A stretch of 64,000 bases of DNA from Podarcis gaigeae (lineage: Eukaryota), in the NCBI GenBank assembly GCA_964106915.2, contig OZ066914.1; one strand, 5' to 3'. The notes beneath the pieces are model-generated. The model saw only the letters and a program-made list of their open reading frames with translations. It searched no databases and had not been told where the DNA came from. How positions within the stretch are numbered: the first letter of the stretch is position 1; every line of letters begins with the position of its first letter. The position numbers and the translations under genes are program-made. Shown here in pieces: positions 11,076 through 23,989 of this stretch.

Positions 11076-12426
11076 GGTGCGGTGGAACCGGCTGTAACCC
11101 AAGGAGTCTCATCCATAATTCAGGCCTGTGGCTTTTCGCTGGAGCTTGGGCAGAGAAAAAGCAGAGGGGAAAGGGATTGGAAGCTCCACATCTCTCCCCA
11201 TAAAAGCCCTCTGGCCTCTCTGCCTCATCTTAGGGGGAAGGGAGGCTTGCAGGCAAGTTCCAGATACTGCTGACCTCCCTATGCCCCACCCCAACCAACC
11301 CTCACACCCCTACCCTTGAATCTCATGGGGGGGGGTTCGCAGCAAATTCCTTCTCAGTTCCACCCACCCCACATTTCCCCAATATTCTCAGGAATTACCC
11401 ACCCACAGTTACCTTCCCGGTCTCCTCTCCAACCTAATCCCCCCACAAAATCATCATCGTATGGGGAACGCTTTGCTTCGATTCCTCCCCCCCCCCAGCA
11501 AATGCAAGAGGTGCTCATTCATAATTTTCAAGGTGAAAAGCTGAACGACTCAGACGAGACCAAGCGCATTTGTATGAGACCAAAAAAAAGCTATTTTACT
11601 ACCCTTGTTGCTAAACTGCAATGAGAGGAGATGTTCTTGGCTAGAGCACTAAGAATGTGTGCCCTGTAATCCCCATCCAAGCCGACACCAGCACCCCCCA
11701 CCCCCACTCTTAAAGACATTTCTCCCTCCTAAACTGCTTCTCCTGAGATTTAAAACCCTTGATCCTTCCCTCAGAAGAAAACTTCACCAAATGTTCATTA
11801 ACCTTGTGAGAGGATTCCAGTCCGTACTACGAATAGCACAAGCTCCTCAATGCACTCTGGCTTTTAAACACACTGTTATGGATGGATTTTACCACTCCCT
11901 TGGGAAGGCGCAGGAACAACTTGCCCCATGATGGAAAGGAACAGCGTGGGGGCATGGGTCACATGCAGCAGGATTCCAAGGCAGAGGTGAGGAAGCTAGA
12001 AGCAGACCCTGCTATCTCCCCCAACCTGGTGCCTTGTGAATGTGCATGTGTGGGCCTTTCCTTCATTTATACGGGGCACACAGAGGAAGGAAGGAGGTGG
12101 GACATCCTGTCAGACAGACTCAGTTCCCGGGCTAGTTGAAAGGAAGAAGAGTTGTGGGGGGAAGCTGGGATGGGATGGGTTGCTTTCCCCCAGCTGGGCA
12201 ACACAACCCTGTAGTGGCCTGCAAAATGGGTGACTTTCCATCAGTCCTTTTTCCCCAGCCTAACTTGCCTCACAGGGTTGTTGTGGGGGCAAGAGAGGGG
12301 AATCGGCTCGCTGCGGGAAAGGCAGGATAAAAATGGTAACAAATAATCAAAACCGAAAATAAATCAGATCTGTGCCTACTAGCCAGGAAGAACTTGGGAG
12401 GGGGAGGAATAATACAGAAGTTTTCT

Positions 12427-12766
12427 ACCACCACATCAAGACTGAAAGCATGGACCTGGGATGCACAGCTAGATTGGCTCCATTTTTAACTCAAGAGGTA
12501 GGAGTGAAATCAATGGCAGTAGATGTGCTCTCAATCCCAGGAGGAAGGGGATGAAATGAGACAGTATTTCCAGTTCTTGCAGAAAGTCTGGTTTCTACCA
12601 CCACATCAAGACTGAAAGCATGGACCTGGGATGCACAGCTAGATTGGCTCCATTTTTAACTCAAGAGGTAGGAGTGAAATCAATGGCAGTAGATGTGCTC
12701 TCAATCCCAGGAGGAAGGGGATGAAATGAGACAGTATTTCCAGTTCTTGCAGAAAGTCTGGTTTCT
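12427..12766. repeat. Perfect 170-bp tandem duplication
   Basis: 12427-12596 equals 12597-12766 by eye; 5-bp microhomology tttct at the junctions. Confidence 0.95.
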
Positions 12767-13965
12767 TAAGGGACACCATTTCCTCCCTATCTTGACCTCC
12801 ACCTCTTGATACTTGCAGCTCATGAGGAACCTGCTCTCTCTCAAGCAGGGAGAAACTACAGAAACACACATCAGACCACCTTTCCTGCAGGCTGAACATC
12901 TCTTCTAAAAACCAGGGCATGGTATTGACTGGGATCCTCCAAGGGGGAGAGCCTCTTCTCGCAGCCTTGCCCTCCCTCCTTTAGATGCTGTACAGCTACC
13001 CTGGCTTTAAGAGAGAGGGGGGGGGGAGAGAGGCCTATCTGCTCCTTTAGCTGCCAGCTGTTGGTTTTGTCTTCCTTTGCCAGAAGAAAGTAATGCTGAT
13101 CTCCAAAGTTTTAATGCTGGAAAAGTCAACTAGGTTTAAAGGTTCTCAAATCTTTTTTTAAATAAACAAATAGCATTCAAATAGTGGGTGCAAAGGGCAT
13201 CTCCTGAAAAAGGTGGCTATATTCAATGGGCCATGTTTTGTGTCAGCCTTTTGAGCTCATCATCCCGTCGCTTTCCCCACCAGCCTCTGTTCCGAACCTT
13301 GGAGATCTTTTAAATGTGTTGGCGCCAAGTCAGGGTCCAGCATGCCATGATAGCAGCAGTGTTGGTGCTCCATTAATCAAGTGTTGATTCCCATCTTAAC
13401 ACAGCAGAACTCTCCCCTACTATGGAGCATTACTGCCCTTTTGGAAAGAGCTTTTGCTTACCCCTTTGCTTACACCTTACAGGAAGGATTGGCAGCTGGA
13501 AGCTGGAAGACTGGCAGCTGGACAGACCCAGACCCGAGAGGGGTGCCATCTGACTTGCCGGTTGCCAACCTATCTGCAGTTAAAGTGGCAACAGGCCAGT
13601 CCGGGAAAGAAAAGTCAAGGATTTGGCCCTCCAGCGTGATTCCATTCACAGAGGGAATACTTCTCCTTCCTTCCATCCCCAAGGGGTTTAATGGCTGGTC
13701 AGGGCTTCACATATCTGTTCACTGGCCTGCTTTCAAGGTGAGAGGCAAACAGTGGGCAGGCTCAGCCTACCGAGCTATTGTTGTGTTGGGGAGGGTCTCC
13801 CCTCCCCCAGCATTGAACTTTCTCTTTATGTTTGCAGTGTAGATTACAAGAAAAGGGAAACATGGAGGAAATTCACTTTGAAATTAGAAGAATAAACTGA
13901 ACCAGAAGATATGTGCTTACAAAAGATCTGTGCATTCTATCCAGTCAGATGGAAATAAATAAAAT

Positions 13966-13966
13966 A

Positions 13967-14011
<45 letters not shown>
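13966..14011. repeat. (AAT)n microsatellite
   Basis: Direct inspection. Confidence 0.95.
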
Positions 14012-14012
<1 letters not shown>

Positions 14013-15882
14013 CACTCCAGAATGCCTCAGATTCCCTCTCACCACCACCACATCACATGGTTTGCCTCTAGACCTGGGTGCTTAACGCTGAACAATTTTC
14101 CATCTGGAGCCACAAGTTGATATGATCTATGGGGGAGTCCAGATTTTCACCCCTGGTCACATATATCCTTGTTTGTGGCTGTCTGTATGGCTGGTCCAGG
14201 TATGCATGTTCCAGTGTTTATAGAATCCTGTGTCAGAATGAGCAGAGCGGCATAGGACAAGCAAGGTTTTTCCAGGATAGGACCCATCCGAGGAGCTGGG
14301 GTGCCTGCGTGTTCCAGTGCAGGATCTGGCAGGAAGTGCTACTCAGTGTGCGATCGGAGACCAAGGCAGGCAACACTCAAGCCCTGCTCCGAAATCTGGG
14401 GAACCATGGTGGGTGCTGAGATCAGAAATGACAACTCAGTTGTGCGTAGGCTGGGGGGGTTAAGACAAGTGTCCCTGGGAGGGGCCAGAGGTAGCAGGTC
14501 TGACGTAGCTGGTGACGCGGATAAAGCTGAAAACAACCCAACTCCTCTTTCGTCCATAATTTAACACCCCCAAAATAAGCAGCTGCCTGTTGTTGCGTAA
14601 CCCATTGGGGGCCAGGCTATAAATGGCAACAAGCAGAGTAGAGCAGAATGCCACCGGCATCCCTCCAGCCAGCCAGCCAGGCAGGGCCATTGCCTCGTCT
14701 GAACTCTAGCCCGGTCTCTTGATCCCGGGACCCACACGGGCCATGCATCTGTCCTGCAGGACAGCAGCGCCAGGGAGATCTGCAGCACCTGCCATTCCTT
14801 GGCTCCTGCCTCATTCGCTGGCAGCGCACATCCTCCGTCCTTTATGAATTCAGCACTGATCGGCCCTCCAGAGATGGAGATGCCCATTGCAGTCTCTCTC
14901 TCTCTCTCACACACACACTGGCCCTGTCCATCACCTTTAGAGTCAATCTCCTCTCAATGCCAAGAAGAGGCGGTGCGCATCCTTCCAACTTTGGGACACT
15001 TCACCTTCCTGGAGAAGAGAACTGGCATTGCTGAGCTGGAGGGGGAAAGGTCTCCAACCTCCTCTGTGCCTACAGAACCCCACCTCCTGGCCTCCGGAGC
15101 CACTTTGGAATGGATACCCCTCTAGAAGTTGCACAATCCTGTCCAGGTGGCATGGGGGGTGCTGCTAATGAGGCTTTCTGAGCAATTTTGAGTCAGGCAA
15201 ATTAGACCACGCCTGTAATCTTCCTTGGGGCTATCCATCCGAGATGGTTTTTCTAAAACCATCAGAAGAGTAGCGCTCTCTTTCTCTCTCTCACACACAC
15301 ACATACACAGCGTCCTTCGCCAGGACATCATCGCTAGTGTGTGGTGCTTGTGTGCCTCCACATTATTAAGGCACCGGATCGGGGAAAGAGCAGTTATTTC
15401 AGAACAATCAAAGCACAGAATAACTGGACAGCCCCAGAAGACGCCCATTATCTCCAGTCCACGTGAGCATAATAGCGCCTTCGGAAATGGTGCCACCTCA
15501 AGGTCGCCTTGGGGCTGGAGTGGGCAAACAACCGAGTGCCTGCGTGTGTATGCCTGCGTGTATATTCCCACGAGATATTTCCCGTCTTCTCAAAAGGGAC
15601 AGCTCAAGGGGATGGGAAATAAAGCTTCGCTTTTTCCTTTCCTTTCTGAACTCAAAGGAACAACCACCATATGGACTCCTGACCAATCGTGCCCCATTCT
15701 CCCCTCGCTTTGACAGCCAGTTTACACGCGAGGTCCCGTTCTCTCTCCCCCCCCATCTCCCCGCCCCCTAATAAAAAAACCCCACCAAGTTCTTGTTCCT
15801 CGCCCACCCTCACGATCAAAACATTCGTGTCCCGCATTCCAGACCTCCCGAAAACGGATGGAGGTGGGTGCTCCTCACTTAC

Positions 15883-15913
15883 CGTACAGGGTGGGTCCTA
15901 GACGGAGCCGCAT
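15883..15913 (-). CDS. RTN4RL2: RTN4RL2 coding exon 1 (MRLRLGPTLY + first base of Gly)
   Basis: Minus strand reads gcaccATGcggctccgtctaggacccaccctgtacg|GTAAGT: good Kozak, 31 nt, canonical donor. It sits at the edge of a CpG island, and phase 1 joins exon 2 in frame. Confidence 0.85.
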
Positions 15914-16011
15914 GGTGCCAGGCAGGCTCGGTGGAGGGACGGAAGAAAACGGCAAAAAATAAGAAAGACAGACAAAACCTCAGGAGAAGAAAAGGAATGA
16001 ACGAAGAGACA

Positions 16012-16043
16012 AGGAGGAGGAGGAGGAGGAGGAGGAGGAGGAG
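16012..16043. repeat. (AGG)n repeat in the probable RTN4RL2 5' UTR
   Basis: Direct inspection; ~100 nt upstream of the ATG. Confidence 0.9.
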
Positions 16044-19000
16044 AAAGCAGTAGCAGCGGCGGCGGGCGGGTGGGTGGGTGGGTGGGGGGCGGGGAGGGTC
16101 GCGATCGCCTCGGAAGTCCTCGCTGGAGAGCAAACGCGCTCGGCGTCCCGGGACTCCCTAGAGAAGCTCCTGCGCGACGGGGCGCAAGGCGAGGGGTCGC
16201 GGCAGCCCGGGCGCGTCTGGGCGCAGCCTGCGGGGGATCATGGCCCGCCTGGGGCCAGCCAGCCAAGCGGCCGGCCGGCCAGCCACCCTCCTTTGGCCCG
16301 GCGGCGGCGGCGGCGCTACCCTCCGCTCCGCCGGCGAGAGCTGCCGGACGGAGGCTTCATCCCGGACGAGCCGCCTGGCACCATCTGCTCCGCTCGGCTC
16401 GGCGCGCGCGCGTCGCCCCGGCGCAGCCAACCACTCCGCGAAAGGGAGCGCAGGCGGCCGGGCGGCGGCGCCTTATTCCCAGGGCCGACTGGGGCTCCGC
16501 CCCCCCGCGGCCGCGCTTTAACCCTTTCGGAGCGGGACGGACGGACGGAGGGTCGTCCTCCCCTTCGTCCTCCCCGATCTGCTCTGCCCACTGCCGCCCG
16601 GCCCACCTTGCCCGGCAGCCCCTCACTCGGCCCCGCCCACCTGCTTCCCGCCCACGCACCTCGCCCCACCCTGCAGGCGTCATCGCGTCTGGACTCCGCG
16701 GGGGGTCGCATGCCCTGCCCTTCCCCTGGAAAGGGGCGGGGGGTGGGACGGGGCGCCCGCGGGAAGTCAACAATAGGCGCCACGCGCCCAGACCTTGCAC
16801 TCCGCATTAATTAATACGAATTAAAGGTTCTCGCTTCAGTCCCCACGGGAGACACTCCCCCCAGCTGCCCCACCCCGTGCACACTTACTTGGGAGTAAGC
16901 TCCCATTGAAGCCGGAGCTTTCTGGGGTGAATGAATGGTTGGGGAAAGAAAAAGTTAAGGGGATCTGAGCATGCGCCCCCACCAGTGCACCTGTTCCACC
17001 GCGCACCTTCCCGATGGCTCCAAAGGCGGATTGCGCCTCCTGCACAGAGAAGCGGAGGTTGGAGGAGATGAACTGTGTAGCCAGGCATTTTCTGAGAAGC
17101 GGCTGGAGGCCAGGGCGTAAGCCTCGCCCGCCGCACGCTAGGTGATCATAGAAAGAGGGTGCTTCTGAGCATGTGCAGAGTTTCCCTTCTACCTAGGAAC
17201 TGCAACTGGATTTGGCTGAAGGCGGGGGCTAGAGGGATTAGAGGGCACGGCTGTCGAGGAAGCGCGACCTCCCCAGCTCCCCTTCTTTGAACAGAGCAAC
17301 AGTGGGGACTGGGGAGAAGTTTCTGATCGGTGTGTTTATATCGTGCTCGTCTCACTGCAAAAAGCTGGACTGTTCTTTAGGGTTGGGAAATCTGGTTTCG
17401 TTTCCATTGGAAAGATGTCGAGGTATTTCTCAGCAGCCTGACAGAGCGAGCGAGCGAGCGGGATGGGGAATCGGAGTACCAGCGCCTACTTCCCCCAAAT
17501 CGAAAGTAGTTGGGCAAGTGACCTTAGCGGGAGAGATTCGGGGCAGAATAAAACACAGCTCCGTGGAGCTGGAGCAGATGGGAAGTCGCTTACACTGAAA
17601 AACAGCCGGTGTATGAGGCTGAAACAAGTTTAAGGACGCATAGGCGTGGGGACCTTGCGGCCTTTCCAATGTTGCTGGACTCCAGCTTCCATCATCCCTG
17701 ACCACAGGGCATACTGACTAGGGCTGATGGGAGTGGGAACCTCATCCCATGGCTCATCCAGAAAATTTGCCGTATGGGAAGAGCATGGAAACAGGAAACG
17801 CAAACCAAGAGAAAGTCTGCTGCCCCTACTGCGCTCAATTGCGTTTGCTCGCACAGTCGGTGCGTCCAGGATTCCAGCCTCCGTGCAATTGGAATTTCTC
17901 TACCGCCTTTCAACAGACGTCCCCAGGGCTGTTTACTTAAGAGGGTGGTTGGGGGACGCAGACAGGTTACAGCGCAAAACGAAGCGTCCCCTACTAGAAG
18001 ATACCATCTCGACAAGATTTGCCTTTCCCAGATAGAAAAAGCTCATCGGGATAGCTAAACAGAAGGACGCTCGTCCTTACGATGGGCGGGAGGAGAGCAC
18101 AGGCAGAACGTCTGCGTCGTAGACATTCAAAGACGCACTTAGAAAAGGGTCCCAAGGGTCATCTAGTCCAACCCCCTGCAATGCAGGAAGCTGCGGTGCC
18201 TTTTCAGTGAAGACTGGCGACCCATTCGGGCGGATAGGATGGGGCAGTGCCCCCCAACCTCAGTCTGCTCTCAGCCAGCCCCCGACTTGCCTACCGCCTC
18301 CAGTCCAGGAGGTAGCGCTGCCTTTTAGCAAGGGAGGCAGAGCGGGGCAAAACCAGAGTGACTCGGCTCTCATGTGCTCTGGCTCCACCTACTGGTGACC
18401 TCCCTGCCACCCGCCCTACCAGTTTCAGTTGTCACCAGCCACTATTGCCTTTGGGGTGGGACATTGGGGGCAGAACAGAAGTCCAGGACTTCCAAGCGCA
18501 GCACGGTCGGAAAGGTTAAACCCGGTCCCAGGGGCGGAGGAGGGCGCAAGACGACTCAGCCCAGAGCCTCACGGTACCTAACTGCACCGCGGCAGCGCTA
18601 GATCCAGTTGTCTAGTCATGCCAGAATGTGACAAAACCTGGAGAGTCGTCATATGATGCAGCGCCTACCAGGAGGGGGAAGGCAGTGTTGTGCAATGGTT
18701 AGAGCATCGGGATGCGGGCCAGCCATGAATTTCCACCCAGTGATGCTGAGCCGTCAGTCCCCAGTGCTCATCCTAAACAACCTTACGGGGTTGTTGTGCG
18801 GTAGAATGGGGAGAAAGGAAACCAGGAAAGCGGACGACGGGACGGGACTTTCGCCCGCGAGAGGGGCCGGGCTCCCCCGGGGCAGGTTTCTGTGCCCCCC
18901 ATCATCATCGTCCCCTGTGGCGGAGTGCGGGTGAGCGAGGAGGACCTGAAAGAGGCCAGCCAATAAAACGGAGTCTCTCTGGGCCAAAACCAAAGGGGAG

Positions 19001-21813
19001 ACTCGGGAAGGAGCGGGAGGAAGGTGGAGGAGAAGGAGAAAGGAGCCCGCGCAACTGACAACCTGGAAGAGGCGCCAGCTGGCCGAAGCTCTGCCAAAGA
19101 CTCCTTTGCCAAGAATCGCTGCTCTCCCAGGAAAGGAAGCAGCCGCCGCCTCCCTCGCTTTCGGGCCAGTTCGATTCCCACGTGAAATGGGGGCGGGGGC
19201 AAAAGTCAGGATTCTCCCTTCGCAGGACTTTCTCCATCAGGCATTAAAAAATAAAGTAAAATAACCGATTCGTATGTCAAAGGCTCTTGAATAATTTTTT
19301 TTGAGGGGGGGGCAGGTAAACCCCGCCCCGCATAATCGATCATAAGATGCGGTGCACGCACACCATTTGAAAGGCAATGCCCATCAACTTTGGGTCGGGG
19401 CAGCCCCCTCAAATATTTTATTGGGGGGGGGGGGGTCGAAGGGACCTCAGCTCCCAGGAGTTGGCTTCTATGCAAAGGCCCATGGACCGAAGGCAGAGAG
19501 CCGGTGTAGGAGCGGAGACTGCGGAGTGGTCAGAGCTGCGATCCTGGCGCGCTTTACACCCGAGTCAACGCGCGGGGGATCGGGTGTAAGGGCGTGCGAG
19601 CTGAAGGTCAAACCCTTTTGGGTTCAGAGCCAAAACCACTCTCGCCTAGCTGGTCCTCGATTAGCTTCAAGCAGATCGGAGCATCGTCCTTCCCGCCAAG
19701 CTCTCAGGGTTGGTGTAGGGCAAGGAGAAGATGGGTTAGAGACCGACTTAGAGTAGGCTCGGTGAAATCCGCGGGTCTAAGCTAGTTACCTCCTGTTCAT
19801 TTCCATGGGTCGGTTCTGATCAGGACTGAGCCTGCAATCCTGACCCGCCCCCTTACTTGGGAGCAAGGCCATGGAATTCCAAAGGAATTACTTCCGAGTA
19901 GACATGGTGGAGCTTCCGCTATAAATCTGGAGCGAACCCAATCTAGGTGAAATTCCTGAAACTACTGTGGCGTTGTTGTTGTTGAATAGGACGTCCCTAT
20001 TTTCATCGGAGAAATGTTGGAGGATATGAGTTAGGCCTCAAGAAGGCAGGTTGCGCCACTGCCATACAAAGTAGCGGGTTTAAAATGCCCGGAGATCACA
20101 GCCCATCCCTAATCACATGGATCGTAAGTAAATGCTTTAGGATCGCCATCTAATAGCCACGCAACCGATCCAATGCATGTTTGAAATCTGCAGTTAGTCT
20201 CATAAGACCCATGGGACTTACTTCCAGGTAATAATATGCCTAAGACTGAAGACTGGAAGTTTGTTTTACGCTCACGCAGGTGGGATCAGGTACTCCGACG
20301 GATCCGTCTACAAGTCCTTGGCATGGCTAGCTTATGCAGTGGCAAGTAAACTGAAAGGGGTTTAAAAATGGAAATGTTGCCGTTTCTGAAGACGAAGGAT
20401 TTGTGGGTTTGGTCCATTTTGGTTACCAGAAACCTGGGCGAAAGCAAAACAAACAAACTAAAAACACCCTCCAGTCAAATAGTGTCATAGACTTGGAAGT
20501 TCTGGCAAAAGCTGAACATTTTAGGATTTACAAAAATGCTAGCTTGTGACCAAAAATCAACCCACGTCGAACAGCTTTAGTTATTATAACTTGGAACATG
20601 CCAATTTTTAGTGGGGTTTTTTTTAATCGAGTGACAGAACGTACACGCAGGATCTTCTTAATCTGCATTAAGTAATGGGAGAAAGAGCTCTCGGTGTAAA
20701 TGACCTCATCGCGCGATGCAGAGGAGTGGGCCGCAATTGTCATTTCGAAGGAGATGCGCCTCTGATTGGCATGGCTTGGGAGGAGGGGGCAAGTCGGAGG
20801 TCCAGGGGGAAACTGTGTGTGTTAGTTGGGGAGGGGGGAGAGATAAGATTCTACCACCCAATGTTGATGAAGAGCTCTGTAGAGCGTAGGGAGGGCTGGG
20901 GAGGGGCTCTTCAGTACAATCTGGCACCGAGTTTGTTTGCCTCGCTGCCTCCGGAGTGAAATATCACAAGATGGAGAGACAGACGGTGAGGGTGCAGGTG
21001 GGCGGTGGCGGGCGGTAGCTCAGGCTGACTCAGGGGGGCCGTCATCCGCTTGGCTGGCCATATGCGGCTCGCTTAGGGAGGGAGGATCGCTCCCACAATG
21101 CACTGGGGCCAACCAAGCATGGGCACCTGGCATCAGGAGCGTGGCTTTCCCTCCTCCTTTCTTTTCCTCCCCATGCTCTGTAGAGCCTTCTATATCCAGA
21201 ACCCCTCTTTCCTGCGTTGAGTCCCTCAAGCTAGCTGCCCATAAAGCCATCCCACACCCCTTTCGCTTCCCACACAGGTAAGACTCTTCTCCTGGTCTGC
21301 TCAAGGCAGGTGATGTTAGTCTCACCTGGCCATCCCAATTCGTTGCAACTACTAAGTACTGTGCTTGCCCTGAAGACACTTTGGTACCCACAATACACAG
21401 AATCGGGTTTTCTGCTGCCCAGCATCCTTGCCCAACCATGGTGACCTGTCAGATGTCTCCTGGAAGTTCAGAAGCAGAACGTGATCCACATTCCCATCCC
21501 CTGTCGTTTGTCTCTAGCGTTTGACAAACAGGGACGTGTGTATGTTTTAGCACTAATAAGCACTGATAGTTGATTATCAATGATGTGGCCAATTCTTTTT
21601 CTACCATCTAGGCAGGTCACCACGACCGCATCTTGTGGCCATTAGTGCCATAAATTAATCCATTTGCTTGTCAGGAACCTGTTGTCCATCAGTGTCCTAG
21701 GGCTTTCAGAGAAAAACACCCCATCCCTCGCGGTTCTTCTCCATGTATGGTTACTATAAACCTCCGTGTAAATCTCAGAGTAAAGAAGCAATCCTGACCT
21801 GGATGTGAGCCCC

Positions 21814-21869
21814 TCTGAATTCAATAGGACTTACTTCTGAGTCTGAATTCAATAGGACTTACTTCTGAG
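21814..21869. repeat. 28-bp tandem duplication
   Basis: tctgaattcaataggacttacttctgag x2. Confidence 0.9.
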
Positions 21870-22149
21870 TAGACATAGTTAGGATAACCCTATTAGTCCT
21901 ACTCCTTTCTTTAAAGAAGCAAAACAAAACCTTACATTCCCGAGAATTTTTCCTAGAGGGAAGACGCTTCAATTATCAATACCCCACCTCCGTTTGAGTT
22001 ATTTTCCAGCTCTCCACCATCTCCAAGGTGGGGGCGATCAGAACTGCTTTCAATATTCTAAATGTGGGAACACGAGATTTATATAATGACCACGTGGTAT
22101 CTGCTGTTTTTGTTTTGGGCCCTTTCCCAACCATTCTGACATCACATTT

Positions 22150-22520
22150 GCCTTTTTAAAACAAAGCCACAAAAAAACCCCACAGCACAACGGACTCACT
22201 TTTTCAGTGTTACTTCTATGACCCCGTGATCTCTTACAGGTGAATGCAGTCATTTCAAACCCCACTGGAATATGTATGTGAAGTTGGAACTGTTCCCCTC
22301 TCCCCAATAGCCAATGTATGTTACTTTGCACTTATTATTTATGTTGAATCTCCTCTGCCATCTGTTGCTCAGTTACCCAGTTTGAAGAGACCCTTTTGGT
22401 GCTCTTCACAGTCTGTTTGATGTTATCATCCATACTAATTTGATGCCATCTGCAAACTTGGTTATCTTACTATCCAACCCCTGGTATGAGATCATTCAAA
22501 AATGAGTTTAAATAGCACCA
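22150..22520 (-). mobile_element. CR1 RT fragment
   Basis: Minus strand aagtttgcagatggcatcaaatta = KFADGIKL (cf. KFADDTKL), with flanking CR1-like sequence. Confidence 0.65.
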
Positions 22521-22686
22521 TTCATCTCTATGCAGATTCTGAAAGGACCTGGCTGGAATGGACTTGTCAACTAACAGGAAACGATGGGAATGTCTGTTCC
22601 GTTCTGATTCTTCAATGCTTGCACAAAACATGCTTCTAAACCACACTATCTCATCTGGAAGCCCTGCTCCTCACCAGAGATGGGAG

Positions 22687-22876
22687 CATAGGAAGCTGCA
22701 TTGTACTGAATCAGACCACTGATCCATCTAGCTCAGCAATGGCGACACTGACTTTTAATGGGTCTTCTGGGGTTCAGATGGGAGATACCCCAAAATCCTA
22801 CCTGAAGATGCCTCGGATGGAACCTGGGACCTTCTGCATATGAAGCAGATGCTCTAGCACTCGGCTATGGCCCTTC
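22687..22876 (-). mobile_element. tRNA-headed SINE with CR1-like tail (older family)
   Basis: Minus strand gaagggccatagc...agagcatctgc...gcagaaggtcccaggttc; homologous copies at ~325-445 (-) and ~28768-28945 (+). Confidence 0.7.
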
Positions 22877-22896
22877 TACTGCTAATCAATGATGCA

Positions 22897-23176
22897 GAGA
22901 GCCAGTGTGGTGTAGTGGTTGAGAGCGGTAGACTCGTAATCTGGTGAACTGGGTTCGCGTCTCCGCTCCTCCACATGCAGCTGCTGGGTGACCTTGCGCT
23001 AGTCACACTTCTCTGAAGTCTCTCAGCCCCACTCACCTCACAGAGTGTTTGTTGTGGGGGAGGAAGGGAAAGGAGAATGTTAGCCACTTTGAGACTCCTT
23101 CGGGTAGAGATAAAGTGGGATATCAAATCCAAACTCTTCCTCCTCCTCCTCCTCCTCCTCCTCCTCTTCTTCTTCT
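22897..23176 (+). mobile_element. tRNA-derived SINE (Squam3-like) with (CCT/CTT)n tail
   Basis: A box tggtgtagtgg, B-box-like gggttcgcgtctc, core gggtgaccttg...cacctcacagagtg, simple-repeat tail. Family name is from recall. Confidence 0.75.
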
Positions 23177-23989
23177 GAAAATGTACTCTTTATATGTTTC
23201 CAGGCTTTCTCTTCTCATACTGCACATTCAATCATTAAAACCTGACAGTGAAGACAACGGGGGTCCATCTGAAACTACATCTTTCCTCTGTCCACAGAAT
23301 CCAACATAGTCCTTCAGTTTGTCTCTGAATTGCTGCACTTTCCCGTTTTTTAAAATTCTGATTTGTGTGCAACAAGTGCAATACAATAACTCTAAGCATG
23401 TTTACTCAAAGAAAGGCCAACTCATTACAATGGGACTTCTGTCCATGTAATGGATTATCTGCATATTCTATTTAAATAATTTTATTAATTGTCCACCATC
23501 TGAAAACAACTGTGGTGGTGTACAATATTACAATACAGCATAAAAAGAAATAAAAGCTACAGACAAATGAATACCAAGTAGGCTTTCTGATACTGCAGGT
23601 ATTTCTTTTTACGTACAGCACATAGAGTACTTTGCACCAAACAGGTGGTTCTTTTTTTGGGCACCCACTATGCGTCCAATGAGCCATCGATCCATCTCCA
23701 GCATTTTTTCCACCATCACTGTTGGATCTGCAAAGCGTTCCTCTGCTGTGCATCAGATCTCAGCTGAAGAACTATGATGTAAATCTTGCTAGTAACACCT
23801 CTCAAACTTACCTGTTTTAGACCTTTCAAGCCTCAAATACATGCTTGCACCCTTCTGCACTTTGCCTGATTATGCATAATGCAGAAGACAGACTAGGTAA
23901 AAGGCATGTCAAATTGCAGTGATACATATACATGGGCCTAAGGCCCCCTCTGCTGGCTGCTGGTAAAATTTCAAAACTTGGCAACAACT

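Larger units (their letters stand above)
15850..17140 (-). promoter_or_regulatory. CpG island: RTN4RL2 promoter and 5' UTR
   Basis: Very GC- and CpG-rich, with GC boxes (e.g. ggggcgggg ~16732-16740), and covers coding exon 1. Confidence 0.9.

Noticed and set aside
10881-11273. ORFs with SL/ER dipeptide runs
   Set aside because: Translations of the (CT)n microsatellite.
16070-16814. Several 150-246 aa ORFs on both strands
   Set aside because: Products of a stop-poor, GC-rich CpG island; low-complexity Arg/Pro/Gly/Ala with no domain.
17428-17450. REST/RE1-like site (TCAGCAGCCTGACAGAGCG)
   Set aside because: Wrong half-site spacing and mismatches in core positions.
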